Below, piece after piece: positions 1 through 12,810 of a stretch of 64,000 nucleotides of DNA. Made by a program: the position numbers and the translations under genes. Origin of the DNA: Carcharhinus longimanus (taxonomy: Eukaryota). Location of the stretch: the NCBI GenBank assembly GCA_030264375.1, contig JASCQW010000162.1:107038950-107102949 (forward strand). The letters are read 5' to 3'. Each line of letters opens with the position of its first letter. Position 1 is the first letter of the stretch. The notes beneath the pieces were generated by a model. The model was given only the letters and a program-made list of their open reading frames with translations. It had not been told where the DNA came from and did no database searches.

Positions 1-1190
1 AAAGATGATTGATGAGGGTAGGGCAGTGGATGTTGTCTACATGGACTTCAGTAAGGCCTTTGACAAGGTCCCTCATGACAGACTAGTGCAGAAGGTGAAG
101 TCACATGGGATCAGAGATGAGTTGGCAAGGTGTCTACAGAACTGGCTCAATCATAGACGGTAGCTGGGATAATCGTTGCTGAGGTCTTTGTTCGTGTATA
201 TGATTTGCAGGAAAATGTAACTCGATTGATTATTAAGTTCGCGGACAGCACAAAGATTGGTGGAATTGCAGATAGCGATGAAGACCATTAGAAGATACAG
301 CAGGATATAGATCAGTTGGAGACTTAGGCGGCGAGATGGCAGATGGGAGTTTAATCTGGACAAATGTGAGGTAATGCATTGAAAGGTCAAATACAGATAG
401 GAAATATACAGTAAGTGGCAGAACCCTTAACAGTATTGATGGGCACAGGGATCTGAGTGTACAGGTTCTCAGGTCACTGTAAGTGGCAACGCAGGTGAAA
501 AGGTAAGCAAGAAAGCATACAGCATGCCTGCCTTCATCGGCCAGAGCATTGAGTTAGAAATTGGCATGTCATGTTACAGCTTTACAGAATCTTAGTTAGG
601 CCACACTTGGAATAATTCCAAAATAATTTGTTTAACTTGAATAATAACTTGGTTCAATTCTGGTTACCACGCTACCAGAAGGATGTGGAGGCTTTGGAGA
701 GGGTACAGAAAAGAATAACATGATGTTCCCTGGTATGGAGGGCATTAGCTATGAGGAGAGGTTGGAGAAACTTGGTTTATTCTCACTGGAACAACAGAGG
801 TTGAGGGGCGGCTTGATAGAAATCTACAAGATTATGAGTGGCAAGGACAGAGTGGATAGTCAAGTTTTTCCCAGGGTGGAAGAGTCAATTACTTGGAGGC
901 GTAGGTTTAAGGTGCAAGGGGCAAAGTTTAAAGAAGATGTATGAGGCAAGTTTTGTTCTTTTACACAGAGGATGATGGGTGCCTGGAATTCTCTGCTGAA
1001 GGAGGTATTGGAAGCAGATACGATAGTGACTTTTAAGAGGCATCTTGACAAATACATGTCTAAAATGGGAATGGAGAGATATGGTCCCTTGAAGGGTTGG
1101 GGGTTTTAGTTCAGTCGGGCAGCATGATCACTGCAGGCTTGGAGGGCTGAAGAGCCTGTTCCTGTGCTGTAATTTTCTTTGTTCTTGTTC
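1..1190 (+). mobile_element. CR1 (HER1-like) LINE, decayed RT C-terminal part and 3' tail
   Basis: Frameshifted RT motifs (DFSKAFDKVPH, GMEGISYEERLEKLGLFSLE, FTQR) and CR1-type tail. Confidence 0.9.
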
Positions 1191-1639
1191 TGAGTTGAGT
1201 TTGCTAGATAGCAATCGAGGCAGAAGCTCTTCGATTTCCCCCTTTTCTCTAACCCAGGGGTGCTCTGGTAAATTGTAGTGCTCCAATCACTGCCTTAAGA
1301 TAACCTAATTCTGCCCAGATTGAGGATCAAGTCACAGGATTCTTGTTATCTGTTTGATTGAGCTATTCACTGCATGAAGGAGCTGAACTGTAACAACAGG
1401 ATGGAATTTTTCGATATAAAAAGTATGAAGAATCCACTGTGAAAAGCTTCTCTTGTGCCATGTGTCAGTACTGTGTTCCTAATCCAATTATATACTTGAA
1501 ACAGCCTAAACTAATCATATTATTGTAAGAAAAATTTTCAATTGAATTACAAAGCCTTCAGCTTAATCAGCAGATTTAAAGTCTTATTATTCATCTGCCA
1601 AGGTTCACTCACACTCAGAAAACCTTGCATATGTTACCT

Positions 1640-1948
1640 TGCGTTTGACAAGGTACCTCACAAGAGGTTATTGCAGAAGGTAAGGGGGCATGGAGTTGGG
1701 GGTAGGGTGTTAGCGTGNNNNNNNNNNNNNNNNNNNNNNNNNNNNNNNNNNNNNNNNNNNNNNNNNNNNNNNNNNNNNNNNNNNNNNNNNNNNNNNNNNN
1801 NNNNNNNNNNNNNNNNNATTAAGGGTTATGGGGAGAGGGCGGGAATGTGGAACTGAGCCACGACAGATCAGCCATGATCTTACTGAATGGCGGGCAGGCT
1901 CGAAGGGCTGGATGGCCTACTCCTGCTCCTATTTATGTTCTTATGTTC
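1640..1948 (+). mobile_element. Young CR1 LINE interrupted by an N-gap
   Basis: AFDKVPHKRLLQKVRGHGVGG before the gap; tail gatggcctactcctgctcctatttatgttcttatg after it. Confidence 0.85.
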
Positions 1949-1963
1949 TCCTATTTCACTTAC

Positions 1964-2146
1964 CTGGCACCTTGTCCTGAAGTTTTTGCTTGGTTAGACA
2001 AGTCTTCGCTGACTGAAGAAATTATATCAAACTGAATGGGTGTGTCTGGCGCAACTATTGAATCCAGTGATACTGCAGAGAGGGCAGGAGATTCTGATCC
2101 AAGGGAGCTGGAACTGCTTGTCCGAGAGGGATGAGGTCTGCTGTGG
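1964..2146 (-). CDS. APPL1: APPL1 exon 15 (HSRPHPSRTSSSSSLGSESPALSAVSLDSIVAPDTPIQFDIISSVSEDLSNQAKTSGQGAR)
   Basis: 183 nt with the CAG acceptor at 2149-2147; GTAAGT donor; contains conserved VAPDTPIQFDII. Gene continues left of the window. Confidence 0.93.
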
Positions 2147-2693
2147 CTGCTTGATGAAAGAAAAAACAAAAATACTGAACTTTTTCCTCAGGTTGCTTGA
2201 AATTAATATACATTTTGTTACTTTTTTTGTAAAAGGTACCCAAGACACTAGATAGTAGGTGAAATTTAGAGATAACAGAATTCAGTGCAGATTCAAGTCA
2301 GTTTTGAGTAATGATGGTGAGAGTTGACAGTTTCACTGCTGTTATTACACTAAATACAGAACAATATGTTTATTTATGTCAATTAAAGCAATATTCAGAA
2401 GTTTCAAAGTAAGGAACAATTAGGTACGTGATTCATTTCCCCAACAGTCAGTGCAGACTCAATGGACAAAATGACCTCTTTCTGCGCTGTAGGGATTCTA
2501 TGAATAGAATATGGCTATATAGTTCTAGAATCCCAATGAAGGGCTATCGGCCTGAAATGTCAATTCTATTTTTCTCCATAGGTCATGCCAAAGCTGTTGA
2601 GCATTTCCAGCATTTTCTGTTTTTACTTTGTGTTGTATATAACAAAGTTTTCATTCTGGAATTGGATTCTGAAGAGGTTTAATTTCTGCTTAC

Positions 2694-2785
2694 ACTGTAG
2701 GCCTTGAGATTTCATGCCTTTGTTGAAATGAAGGGGAGGGTGTAACAGCCTCCAGAGCAGACTGGTTTACGCGAGCAGCCAATTC
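2694..2785 (-). CDS. APPL1: APPL1 exon 14 (ELAARVNQSALEAVTPSPSFQQRHEISRPT)
   Basis: 92 nt, CAG acceptor, GTAAGC donor, ends in phase 2. Confidence 0.95.
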
Positions 2786-3832
2786 CTGTAATAAGAACAA
2801 AGAATAGCTTATTGTTTTTTCCTTGAATGCTGCAGGTTTCCATAACTGCAAACTAACCAGTAGACAAGGGCAAACAATGCCAGCAGGCCACAAAACAACT
2901 GCTGCCTGCCAATAAGTCACAACAAAGAAAAAAGCTTTAACATCTTCAGTGACAAAGATAAATTTCACATAATACAATCAACTATAAACCTCAGGTTACA
3001 GAAATGATCACGTTTAAAACAATGCTTGAAGCAGAATACTTCCGCGTTTGCTTTCAGCCATTTGTGCTCACTAGATCAACAAATCGTTGCTGTGGCTTTG
3101 GCTTGATGCAATTTGTTTCCATGCACATAGCAAATTATCCAATCTACAGGGCTATAACTGTGCTACTTGATCATTAATTATTCCACTGATTTCTGAAACA
3201 GTTACATGTTGGAGCCTCTAGGGTTGCTTCCAAGCTCACTGACCAACTTGACTCGTAATTTGTATTTTTCAGCCAAAGGTTATTTGTCCCAAAAGGACTA
3301 AAAATATAGCATTTTTGTGGAATGATGATATATCCATCATATTTCAAAATGATTGAGGCAACTCAATCAAATATATATTGCGCAACATCCACGTTAACAG
3401 GTTTAGTTTCCTAATATTTTTGGTGCTTTGTATTCAGCAAAACTCAGCTTTCCTAATTCTCTGTTGTCAATCTGCAATATTATTGTCCCTGCTTGGACAG
3501 GTGTATAAAGGTTGATATGGTATTTGCACTGGCAAAACATCCTTCAAACAATTAATACAAATTATTTTAACAATTGTTTGATGTTATAATTATTTTTATA
3601 CTGAAGATATATTAGTGCACAAAAAAGTGAAATACTTTCATGTTTAGTAACCATTCCCAAAATCAGTTGCATTATAAGCTGGATATAATACAGAGCTTGC
3701 TCTCCCTTGCTGCAATGTGTTACTAACCATCACATTGTAATCCGGTCAGGTTCAGATTGTTCGTAGCATAACAGGATATCAAACAGTATTTGTTTCTGTC
3801 ACTATGCTAGGGTTTCCCATCATACGGTTTTA

Positions 3833-4380
3833 GATGAACATGCAGCAGTAAGCCATTCAGTCCCTCGAACATGCTCCACCATTTAACAAGATCATGATAG
3901 TAATCTCAAATTTGCATCCCATCTACCCCTGATAACCTAACATGCCATGCTTGCCAAGGATCTATCCACCTCTGCCTTAAAAATATTCAAAGCCTCTGCT
4001 TCCAACAAATTTTCAGGAAGAGAGTTCCAAGGACTCTCAACCCAGAGAGAAAAAAAACACTTCACCTCAGTTTCAAACTGTTTTTAAACCAGTGACCCCC
4101 CCGACCACCGCCAATTCTAGATTTTCCCACAAGAGGAAACATCTTCTCTAATTCCACCCTGTCAAGACCCATCAGGATCTGAGTTTTCAAGCAAGTTGCT
4201 TCTAAACACCAGCAGAAACAAGTCTAGCCTGTCCAACCTTTCTCATATGAGAATCTGCCCTTTCCACCGACTAGCCTCGAAAACCTTCTCTGAACTTATT
4301 CCAATGCATTCATATCCTTTCTTAAATAATGTGACCAATACTGTACACGATACTCCAAATACAGTCCTACTGGTGCTGAT
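3833..4380 (-). mobile_element. CR1 LINE 3' fragment
   Basis: Reverse-strand CR1 tail and RT C-terminal remnants. Confidence 0.75.
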
Positions 4381-4429
4381 TATTTAATTAACGCAATTAG
4401 GAAATTGTTATAGTAACACGCGGGCTTAC

Positions 4430-4486
4430 TTCTGGGTTTTCGCTAAGATAGATACGTTTGGAAATGTTATTGATTGTTGCAATCCA
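4430..4486 (-). CDS. APPL1: APPL1 exon 13 (WIATINNISKRIYLSENPE)
   Basis: 57 nt, TTTTGCAG acceptor, GTAAGC donor. Confidence 0.95.
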
Positions 4487-5465
4487 CTGCAAAATAAAAA
4501 GAAAACTTTTATAATATGCATGATCTGGAAAATAATAAGCATAGTATATTCTCCTACTGTGATAGAACATGGATGTTTTCTTCTTATTAAGACCAGGCTT
4601 CAAATAAAAAACATTTTCTATTATGTTTACACTATGAATTTACTACAAAAGTAAGAAGTGTGTGTACTGGCTACTAACATAACTGTGGTATCAACATATG
4701 ACTCGGAAAGAGACTGACAAGACAACTTATCATTTTTAGTAATAACCAATTGTTTAAACATATATAATCAAGTGAATGACAATGACACAGCTCAGAATTT
4801 TAGATGTTAAATATTCAACTGAGCTCTCATTTCATAGCTTTGCTGTCAACAGAACATCCTGATGCTTTTACATGAGTAACTGATCCCCTGTAGTATGTTG
4901 ACTGTACACTGGTTAGAATGTTTTATAAGGACAATGCAATACCAAGCACTGCACAATATATTGCCTGGGTGGCAAGCTAAAGCTCTTTTTCAATTCAAGT
5001 CTAGAAATCAAGTACTCAAAACCTCGGGTTATTTAGTTTAACAACGATTTTCAAATTAACTTTTCCAAGCATCAAAAGTGATCGTTTCAGCCTTTGATGA
5101 GGAAGTGCAAAGCATTTTGGTGTTTCCTATATTTTTAGCAAAGTACACCTTGTGTGCACACTGAAATACTGTTTCTCACGCCATGATATAGATTTGGTAT
5201 ATAACTAACATACTGCAGTGCGCGTCACAAAGCATTATAAATGTGCCTAATAACATAATAGGGCAATTTTCTAATCTTTGTTCACCATTTTCAGTGTTAC
5301 TTCATCCATGTTTTTTGCCTTGGACCATAGGGGCTGCCTTGCTTTATAATGTATACAATCTCTTAGTATTAATTTCATCAGTGGCAACATAATGTTTGCT
5401 AATGAACTATCAGCACCCACAATTGAATATAATTTCAGAAATGAGTATCACAGTATGCACACCAT

Positions 5466-6230
5466 GGGCCTGATTTTATCATTGCATTGCACCTGTTTTC
5501 AAGCATGAAAATTTGGTAAAGTTGGGCATGAGGCAAATAGCGCGATCCAGCTGCACTGATTCTAAGAAGCAAAAATGGACGCAATCAGGACTGCGCCCGA
5601 AATGGGCGTGAAATCAATTTAAATGCATGTTGCATGCATTTAAATTGACTTAATGGGCTGGCACCTGAACTTAACGGCATTTCCCCCTTTACCATCGCAT
5701 TCGCCCCATCCAGATTTGGCGTGAAACACATATGCTCGGCAAAAGTTTGTTTTGCGTGCTGTAGCTTCTGAAGAGACAAGTTAGGGGACCGCTGGGAGCT
5801 CTAGAGGAAGGAAGCCGGAGTGCGTGTGCATGTGGTGGTGGCTTTGGGGGAGGGGGCAAGGGCAAGGGCAGCAGTGAAGTCCATTGCCACTCTGCGGACG
5901 ATTGGTGGGGGGGAGGAGGGAGGGGGTCGCAATTGCAATCAATCTGGGTAGCGGGGGGAGGGGTGAGTGGATAAGAGGGACAGTTGTGTTGTGGGGATGG
6001 AGCAATGTCTGTGGGGGCCATTACTCCCATGCCGGGAGCACGCGCAGTTGAAGACTTTGATCGGAACAGCAGCGTTTTGGCACAATAAGCTCCGCCCACA
6101 GCGTGATTCCGATTCACAACATTTTGTTCAGGCTGAGTGTGTATGAGGGCACCTGAGAACAGGGTTTACAAGTCGGATTTGAATCACGCCCAGATTCAGC
6201 ACTTAGAATAAAAATGGTAAAATCAGGCCC
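5466..6230. mobile_element. Non-autonomous DNA transposon (MITE), possibly PIF/Harbinger-like
   Basis: 18-bp terminal inverted repeats gggcctgattttatcatt / aatggtaaaatcaggccc (17/18 match), flanked by cat/tat; GC-rich interior; no transposase ORF. Confidence 0.8.
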
Positions 6231-6319
6231 TATATACATATATGTATGCAAGATCGTAGTTAAATAGTTATATCATGAAATAAATGCTCATATTGTGAAA
6301 AACTACCCTCAAAGCTTAC

Positions 6320-6362
6320 CTCTTCACATTCTTTTTTACTCTCTGCTTGTAAAACAACAGCT
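6320..6362 (-). CDS. APPL1: APPL1 exon 12 (AVVLQAESKKECEE)
   Basis: 43 nt, CCAG acceptor, GTAAGC donor; aligns to SSILQAESKKDHEE. Confidence 0.92.
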
Positions 6363-7084
6363 CTGGAATATTAGAAAATAAATCAGTTATTTTCTTTGTC
6401 CAGTGTCTAAACATTTAATAAGTGTTATTTAATAATGTGTTAATCCATTTCATAATATGAGATAGGACATTACTAAAGAGCTGAATTATCCTAACCACAT
6501 GCATTTGAAAAACAGAACTTGACTTTTCAAAAATGGTCTTTCTTACATGTTGCAAATAAGCGGTTCTGGAAAATGGTTAGAATAGTTACAGAACACAGGA
6601 TCCAAAGTTCAATTCTCACTCTGTACTATACAATTGACGTATGCCAGGTCAGCATTTTATCAGCAGCTTTGGGAGAAAAAAATATTAACCCAGGATTTCT
6701 CATTGTGATCAATATCCAAGCCTGATTTTAATCTCACCTATGTCGAGGGAATGGAATGCTTTTGGATTGGAAGTGCATCTTACTTCTCACTCAATGTGAT
6801 TGTTGATTGTTCAATTGAATGTGCAAAATGAACATCCAATCTGGACTTGCCCTATCGATCCAAGTAAGTTGGGTTAAAATTGGGACTCCAGTCACTCCAA
6901 CTGGAAAATACTCATGTCGACATTGAGAAAATCTAATGGTGCTATAAGAAACTGCAGTTCATATTGCATTTATCACCTAACACCACACTCAAATCGCTCA
7001 ATTTCTGTTGTCAACCAACTCAAAAATATCCATCTAGCTTGTTCACGTGCAAGTAATAAAAATTGCTTGCTGCATCATAAGATT

Positions 7085-7260
7085 CTGATTTCAATTCTCA
7101 CTCTAGGGCTTAAGCACAAAAATCAAGGCTGACACTCCAGTACAGCACCGAGGCAGCACTGCACTGTCGGAGGTGTCTTTTTTTTGAATGAAGCATTAAA
7201 CCAAAGCCCTGTTTGCCTGCTGAAGTGAATATAAAGATCCTATGGCACCATTTTGAGGGA
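7085..7260 (+). mobile_element. Deu-domain SINE (SacSINE1/AmnSINE1-related)
   Basis: gcactgcactgtcggaggtgtc..ttaaaccaaagccctg..aaagatcctatggcac resembles the recalled Deu core. Further copies at about 20990-21200 (+), 36340-36630 (-), 42250-42520 (-). Confidence 0.7.
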
Positions 7261-7794
7261 CGCAGAAACCCAGTTGGAAACCTATTCCATATATAAAATG
7301 GTGTGGCGCCATAGAAAGGGGGCTACAGAAAATGGGAAAACAGCAAATGTTAAAGTAGTTGTCAACAGCAAAACAAGTAACTACAAAAAAAGCAATAAAT
7401 AATCTTTAAACAGATGCTAAGTTGCTGTGAGGCACATCATACTCATTCAGACATTGTATCAGGACAAGTACTCATATTCAAATCAACCCCACAAACTCTT
7501 CCTCACTAAACACTGGACTGATGTTTAAATTTGTGGAACTGTCCCACAGACTAAATAAGTAACAGTCTGAATAGTAGTATTCACAGGATCAAACCTTTCA
7601 ATCAACATCCCAGGTTTTTCCGTTATGATCCCTGGGTATCAACAGAATAAAAACAGATGAGGCCAGAGAGGTAAGAAATGGGCAAGATTCAACACTGACT
7701 TAAGACCTGATGAAAACTCAGCTTGCGGTCAAATAAGATCAAGGAAACTCTTTATCACCCTGTACTTGCCCCTCTGAATCAATCATCAGCATCT

Positions 7795-8070
7795 TAAGTT
7801 TAAGCTTATTTACTAGTGTCACATGTAGGCTTACATTAACACTGCAATGAAATTACAATGAAAATCCCCCAACTGCCATATTCTGGCACCTGCTCACGTA
7901 CACGGAGGGAGAATTTAGCATGACCAGTGCACCTAACCAGCACATCTTTTGGACTGTGGGAGGAAACTGGAGGAAACTCACGCAGACACAGGGAGAATGT
8001 GCAGACCCAAGCAGTATCAAACCTGGATCCCTGGTACTGTAACGCAGCAGTGCTAAATAGTGTACCACCT
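7795..8070 (-). mobile_element. HE1-like tRNA-derived V-SINE
   Basis: Reverse complement has the tRNA-like head, core ggtttcctcc..cccacagtccaaaagatgtg and tail cattgcagtgttaatgtaagcctac. Confidence 0.85.
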
Positions 8071-8810
8071 TCACAGTAAACATCTCTCTGCTGAAGTTCT
8101 GAGGAAGTTATGGCACAGAATGTACTGTGGAATAGGGATATTACAATGCCAATCACCACTGATCAAACTGGCCCATTTTTAAAGAAAGTTGGCAGCTACA
8201 GTCCGCATTAGCTGATGAAGAAAACTACTTGATTTTTGTACTCACTCACTTACCTGTTGCAGACATGACTGTCCATGGATAGTAGTAAATAGGGTAAACC
8301 CTTTTCAAAACAAAGCCTTGTCTTCATAGTAAATAAATTTTCCACTGCCACATTGAGTGGGACAGACTAAGAACAGATCTAGCAGCCCAACAGCTGCAGA
8401 AGTACATAATCAAACCTATAAAATTATGTCCCTGACATCGCTACTCCTGATCATCATTAAGCCAGGTAACCAACACTGGTTCAGTTTGGATTACTGAATC
8501 CTGCACAACGTGATTCTATGTTATGTACAACGTAGATGGAGATACCTCCCCACTGCACAGGACTCCTAACTGTGAACCACCAACAGCAAAAGAATAAACA
8601 AGAGAACAGAGCCTCAGAGATATCATTATCCAGCCAATTTGGTTCACTAAACATGACATTAGAATGCAGCTAACACATTCACTGCAAAAACAATGGACTT
8701 TAACAATCTCCTAAATATAATGCTGAAGACCTCTGCCCCTGAGCTGAACCCCTAGCCTTGATCTAACGGCATAGATATTTAACCAATCGAGAAGACTGAT
8801 AGAAACCAAT

Positions 8811-9100
8811 GGGGCGGCACGATGGCACAGTGGTTAGCACTGCTGCCTTACAGCACCAGGGTTCAATTCCCAGCTTAGGTCACTGTGCAGAGTCTGCATA
8901 GGTTTCCTACAGGTGCTCCAGTTTCCTCCCACAGTCTGGAAGACATCCTGGTTAGGGGCATTGGCCATGCTATATTCTCCCTTCATGTACCTGAATATGC
9001 ATTGCAGTGTGGCAATTGGGGGATTTTCACAGTAACTTCATTGCAGTGTTAATGTAAGCCTACTTATGATTAATAAACAAACTTTAACTTTTTTAACTTT
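8811..9100 (+). mobile_element. HE1-like V-SINE, full length
   Basis: Head ggggcggcacgatggcacagtggttagcactgctgcc (A box), ggttcaattcc (B box), same tail type as 7795-8070. Confidence 0.88.
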
Positions 9101-9129
9101 AAATCTAATCTAATCTTTCCTTCCTCCAT

Positions 9130-10790
9130 AGTCTGTAAAATGGTGGAAAGGGACATCAATAAAATGTTTTCATGAAAGAGAAGTACAAAGCATAGTTAAG
9201 GAGGATTGTTAAATATTGGACTTTATAAATTTAATGAGAGCCAAATACTCAGATAGGTAGCATCGCTGAAAGTAGGTGGTGAATCACCAGATCCAGACGA
9301 AATGTACTGCAGGTTACTAAGGAAAGAAAGTTCTGAGCAATATCTTCCAGTCCTTCCAGAGGATTGATAATGTTGTTCCATTGTTTAAAACAGGAAGGAG
9401 GGATTGGTTGAGTAATTATAGGCCAGTCAGTACAGCCTTGATGAGGGGCAAGTTATTGAAAAAATTGAGAAAGGATGTAAATCAATACTTAGGGAGACAT
9501 GGGTTAACTAAGGACAGTCAACATGGATTTGTTAAGAAAGGTCATGTCTGACTAACAGTTTTAGAGGAAGTTACAAGGAGAGTTCATTTAATGTCTTCAT
9601 GGATTTTAATGAAGCTTCTGATGAATTAAACTTCATCTGATTAAGAAGACCACAGACAACCCAAAATTTGGGCGTGCGATTGATCATGAGGAAGAAAGCT
9701 TTAGAATGCAGCAAGTATCAATAGACTAGTCAGGTGGGCAGAAAATGGAAAATGGGATTAAATCCATCAAAGTGTGAGGTAATATATTTGGGAATGACAA
9801 GCAAGGCTTGGGAATACATGGTAAATGGTAAGATTTTAAAAAGGGCAGGTGAACAGAGGGACCTTGGAAGTATTGGGGACGGTAATAGAGAGGAAGAGGG
9901 GGATTGACACTGTTTTCTGCAGCAAAGAATGAGAGCCCAGATGGCAGTGTTCAGGACATCTGTTCAAGGCTGGTGAGGAACTTATTGGGAAGGGGGGGGA
10001 GAATCTAGCTGTTGTAACCCATGTAGATAACAATGGCATGGATAGAACTAGGAAAGGATTATGTATAGAGATTATGAGGAGCGAGGCACTAAATTGAAAA
10101 GCAGAACTTCAAAGGTTTCAATCTTGTAATTATTACCACTGGGATGATCCAACACACCTGAACCGTGCTGGGACCAGTGTTCTTGTGAATCACATAACGA
10201 GGGCTCTAAACTAAATTGTGTGGACAGGGATCAAATGTGGATAGATATAGTATTTCATAGAGACAAGCGCTGAAATCTTGCTACCATTCATGCCGGTGAG
10301 ACCTTACAGTCCCACCGATACTGCACCCCCGTCCTGGATTTAGTTTCGAGACAAAAGTAGATAAAATTTTTGTTAGACAAGGAATCAAAGGTTATTGTGG
10401 AACTTGAAACACAACAGATCAGCCACCATCTGACTGATTGGCAGAGCAGGTTCAAAGGCCAAATGGCCCACTTCTGCTCCTATTTCATATGTTCACAGAT
10501 CTGTGAAAGTAGCAGGCCAAATAGATGAGGTGGGTCAAGCAGGCACACAGGACATTTCCTTTGCTGGCCAAGACAGAATAGAGAGGTTAGGACAGAACTT
10601 TATAAACCCCAGTCAAACTGCAGCTAATGCAGAGTACACAAACAATACTGGGGCACTGCTTAACAGGAAATATATGATCATTCTAGAAGTGCAAGAGAAA
10701 TTTGAGGATATTGCTAGGAATGGAGAATTTTAGCAACATGGAAGTACAGGACAGGTTGGGTTTATTTTCTTTGTAACAGAAGACTCAGAA
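9130..10790 (+). mobile_element. Highly decayed, rearranged CR1 LINE pieces, including an ORF1 esterase-like segment at about 9870-10215
   Basis: NYRPVS and QHGF-like remnants; VHV..ND-like esterase segment embedded in RT-derived sequence. Confidence 0.65.
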
Positions 10791-11360
10791 GCAAAGGCAA
10801 GCCATTTGGTCCATCGAGTCTATCCACCATTCAATGAGATCATCACTTTCCCACCTTATCCCAATAACCCTTAATTACCTTACTGGTTAAAGATCTGTCA
10901 ATCTTAGCCTTGAACATCTTAACAGCCCAGCCTATACAGTAAAGAGTGCCACAGATATCCTCTGAGTAAAGAAATTGCTCCTCATCTCAGTTTTAAATGG
11001 GGGACCCCCTTCTTCCGAGATTATGCCCTCTGGTCCTGGACTCTCCCAAAAGAGGAAAAGTCCTCTCAGCGTCTGCCCGTGAAACCCCGTAAGAATCCTA
11101 TATGTCTCAATAAGGTTACCTCAAGCTTCCAAACTCCCATGAGTACAGGCCCAATCTACTCCGCCTCTCCTCATAAGAAAATTCCTCTACAACCAGAATC
11201 AACTAGTGAACTTGGGACTGCCTCCAATGCCAGTCTACATTTCCTTAGATAAGAGGATCCAAACTGTTCACAGTACTTTAGGGGTGGTCTAACTAGTGCC
11301 TTTTCTCGTTTAGCAACACTTTCTTATTTTTATACTCTATTCCCTTTGAAATAAAGGCAT
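10790..11360 (-). mobile_element. CR1 LINE 3' fragment
   Basis: Reverse-strand CR1 tail and RT C-terminus. Confidence 0.75.
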
Positions 11361-11369
11361 GTGGGCTAT

Positions 11370-12085
11370 TTGATTTGATTTACTGTCACATGCATTGGGA
11401 TACAGTGAAAAATATTGCTTCTTAGACACTATACAGACAAAAACATACTGTTCATCAAGTAAATAAGGGAGAAGAAAAGGAGAGGGTGCAGAATGTAGTG
11501 TTACAGTTATAGCTCAGGTGCAAAGAAAGAATAGCTTAATATATGGTAGGTCCATGGCAGCAGGGAAGCAGCTATTGAGTCAGTTGGTACATTATCTCAG
11601 ACTTCTGTATCTTTTTCCCAATGGAAGATGGAAGAGAGTATGTCGGGGTGCCTATGGTCCTTGATTATGCTGGTTGCTTTTGGAGGTGGCAGAAAGTGTA
11701 GATTGAGTCAATGGATGATAGGCTGTTTTGCATGATGGATTGGACTGTGTTCACAACTCCCAGTAGTTTCTTGCAGACTTGGTCACAGTAGGAGCCAAAC
11801 CAAGCTGGAACATCTGGAAAGGATGCTTTCTGTTGTGCATCTGTAAAAATTGGAGTAAGTCATAATGGACATGCTGAATTTCCTCAGCCTCCTGAAAAAG
11901 TAGAGGTGTTGGTAGGCTTTCTTAACTATAGCATCAGTATGTAGGGAGAAGGTTGTTGGTGATCTGGACACCTTGAACCGTGAAGCTCTTGACTATTTCC
12001 ACTTCATCACTGTTGATATAGACAGGGGCATGTCCTCCACTACGCTTCCTGAAGTCAATGACCATCACCTTCATTTTACTGATAT
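11370..12085 (-). mobile_element. Rex/Babar-like LINE 3' fragment
   Basis: KMKVMVIDFRKRSGGHAPVYINSDEVEIVKSF and VKKAYQHLYFFRRLRKF..NFYRCTTESILS motifs. Confidence 0.75.
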
Positions 12086-12478
12086 TTACTTGCAGTTTGT
12101 CAAGCACAAGTGTCCCCATGATGGGTTTTTTTAAAAACCATTTCCTATTGAGGCAAAGACTTATTAAAAAAACTCTAAAAATTCTAATCATTGCTGTTAA
12201 GCTAACCAATCTGTAATTAACTGGAATTACCGTTTCCCTTTTTGAAAAATGGCCACTCACCAGACCACCAGCACACATCCACACCTTAACTGTAATTGCT
12301 AGAATCTCTGCAATTTCTCCTTTTGCTTCCCTCAGGATCCTCTTACGTAACTTGTCAGTCCCCAAGGCTTTCTGCTCCTTTAGCTTAACTAATGTGTTTA
12401 CCAGTTTTCAAAACAACATTGTAAGACATGCTTGAAGAGCAATAAATTAAGCTGGTAACAGATTTGGACGATACTTAC

Positions 12479-12667
12479 TTCTTCCCATCAAAGGCAGTGA
12501 TTTGAAAGCAGTATCTTCGATCCTCACAATCCACAGCCATAACAGTACAGTTGTCCAAGTCCATGACAAGACCTCCTGCAACATCGCCTCGAGCTTGCCG
12601 CATTAGGTTCCCACCCTGGGTAAAGTAGTAATGTCTTTCCCAGGTAGATGATACTAATCTGGTTTTA
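12479..12667 (-). CDS. APPL1: APPL1 exon 11, PH domain (KTRLVSSTWERHYYFTQGGNLMRQARGDVAGGLVMDLDNCTVMAVDCEDRRYCFQITAFDGKK)
   Basis: 189 nt, CAG acceptor, GTAAGT donor, phase 2/2; corresponds to ORF 12475-12678. Confidence 0.97.
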
Positions 12668-12810
12668 CTGAAACCCAATTAAGACATTATTAAAAACAGA
12701 ATTGTCTACTGTCTTGTATTTTTCTAAGTTATATGCACTACCACAGGTGAGTTTGCAACCAACCTCATGTGGTCTTTTCTGGAGCTACAAGCTTCAGTGG
12801 GTCACAGTTA

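Noticed and set aside
5689-6117. 142-aa proline-rich ORF
   Set aside because: Arises from G-rich low-complexity MITE interior; no domain signature
8254-8300. 47-nt exon-like segment on the minus strand with a CAG|GTAAGT donor in intron 11
   Set aside because: Weak purine-rich acceptor (GAAAAG), frameshifting, no similarity to APPL1
8811-8885. tRNA-like A and B boxes
   Set aside because: SINE heads; no complete cloverleaf, so not a tRNA gene
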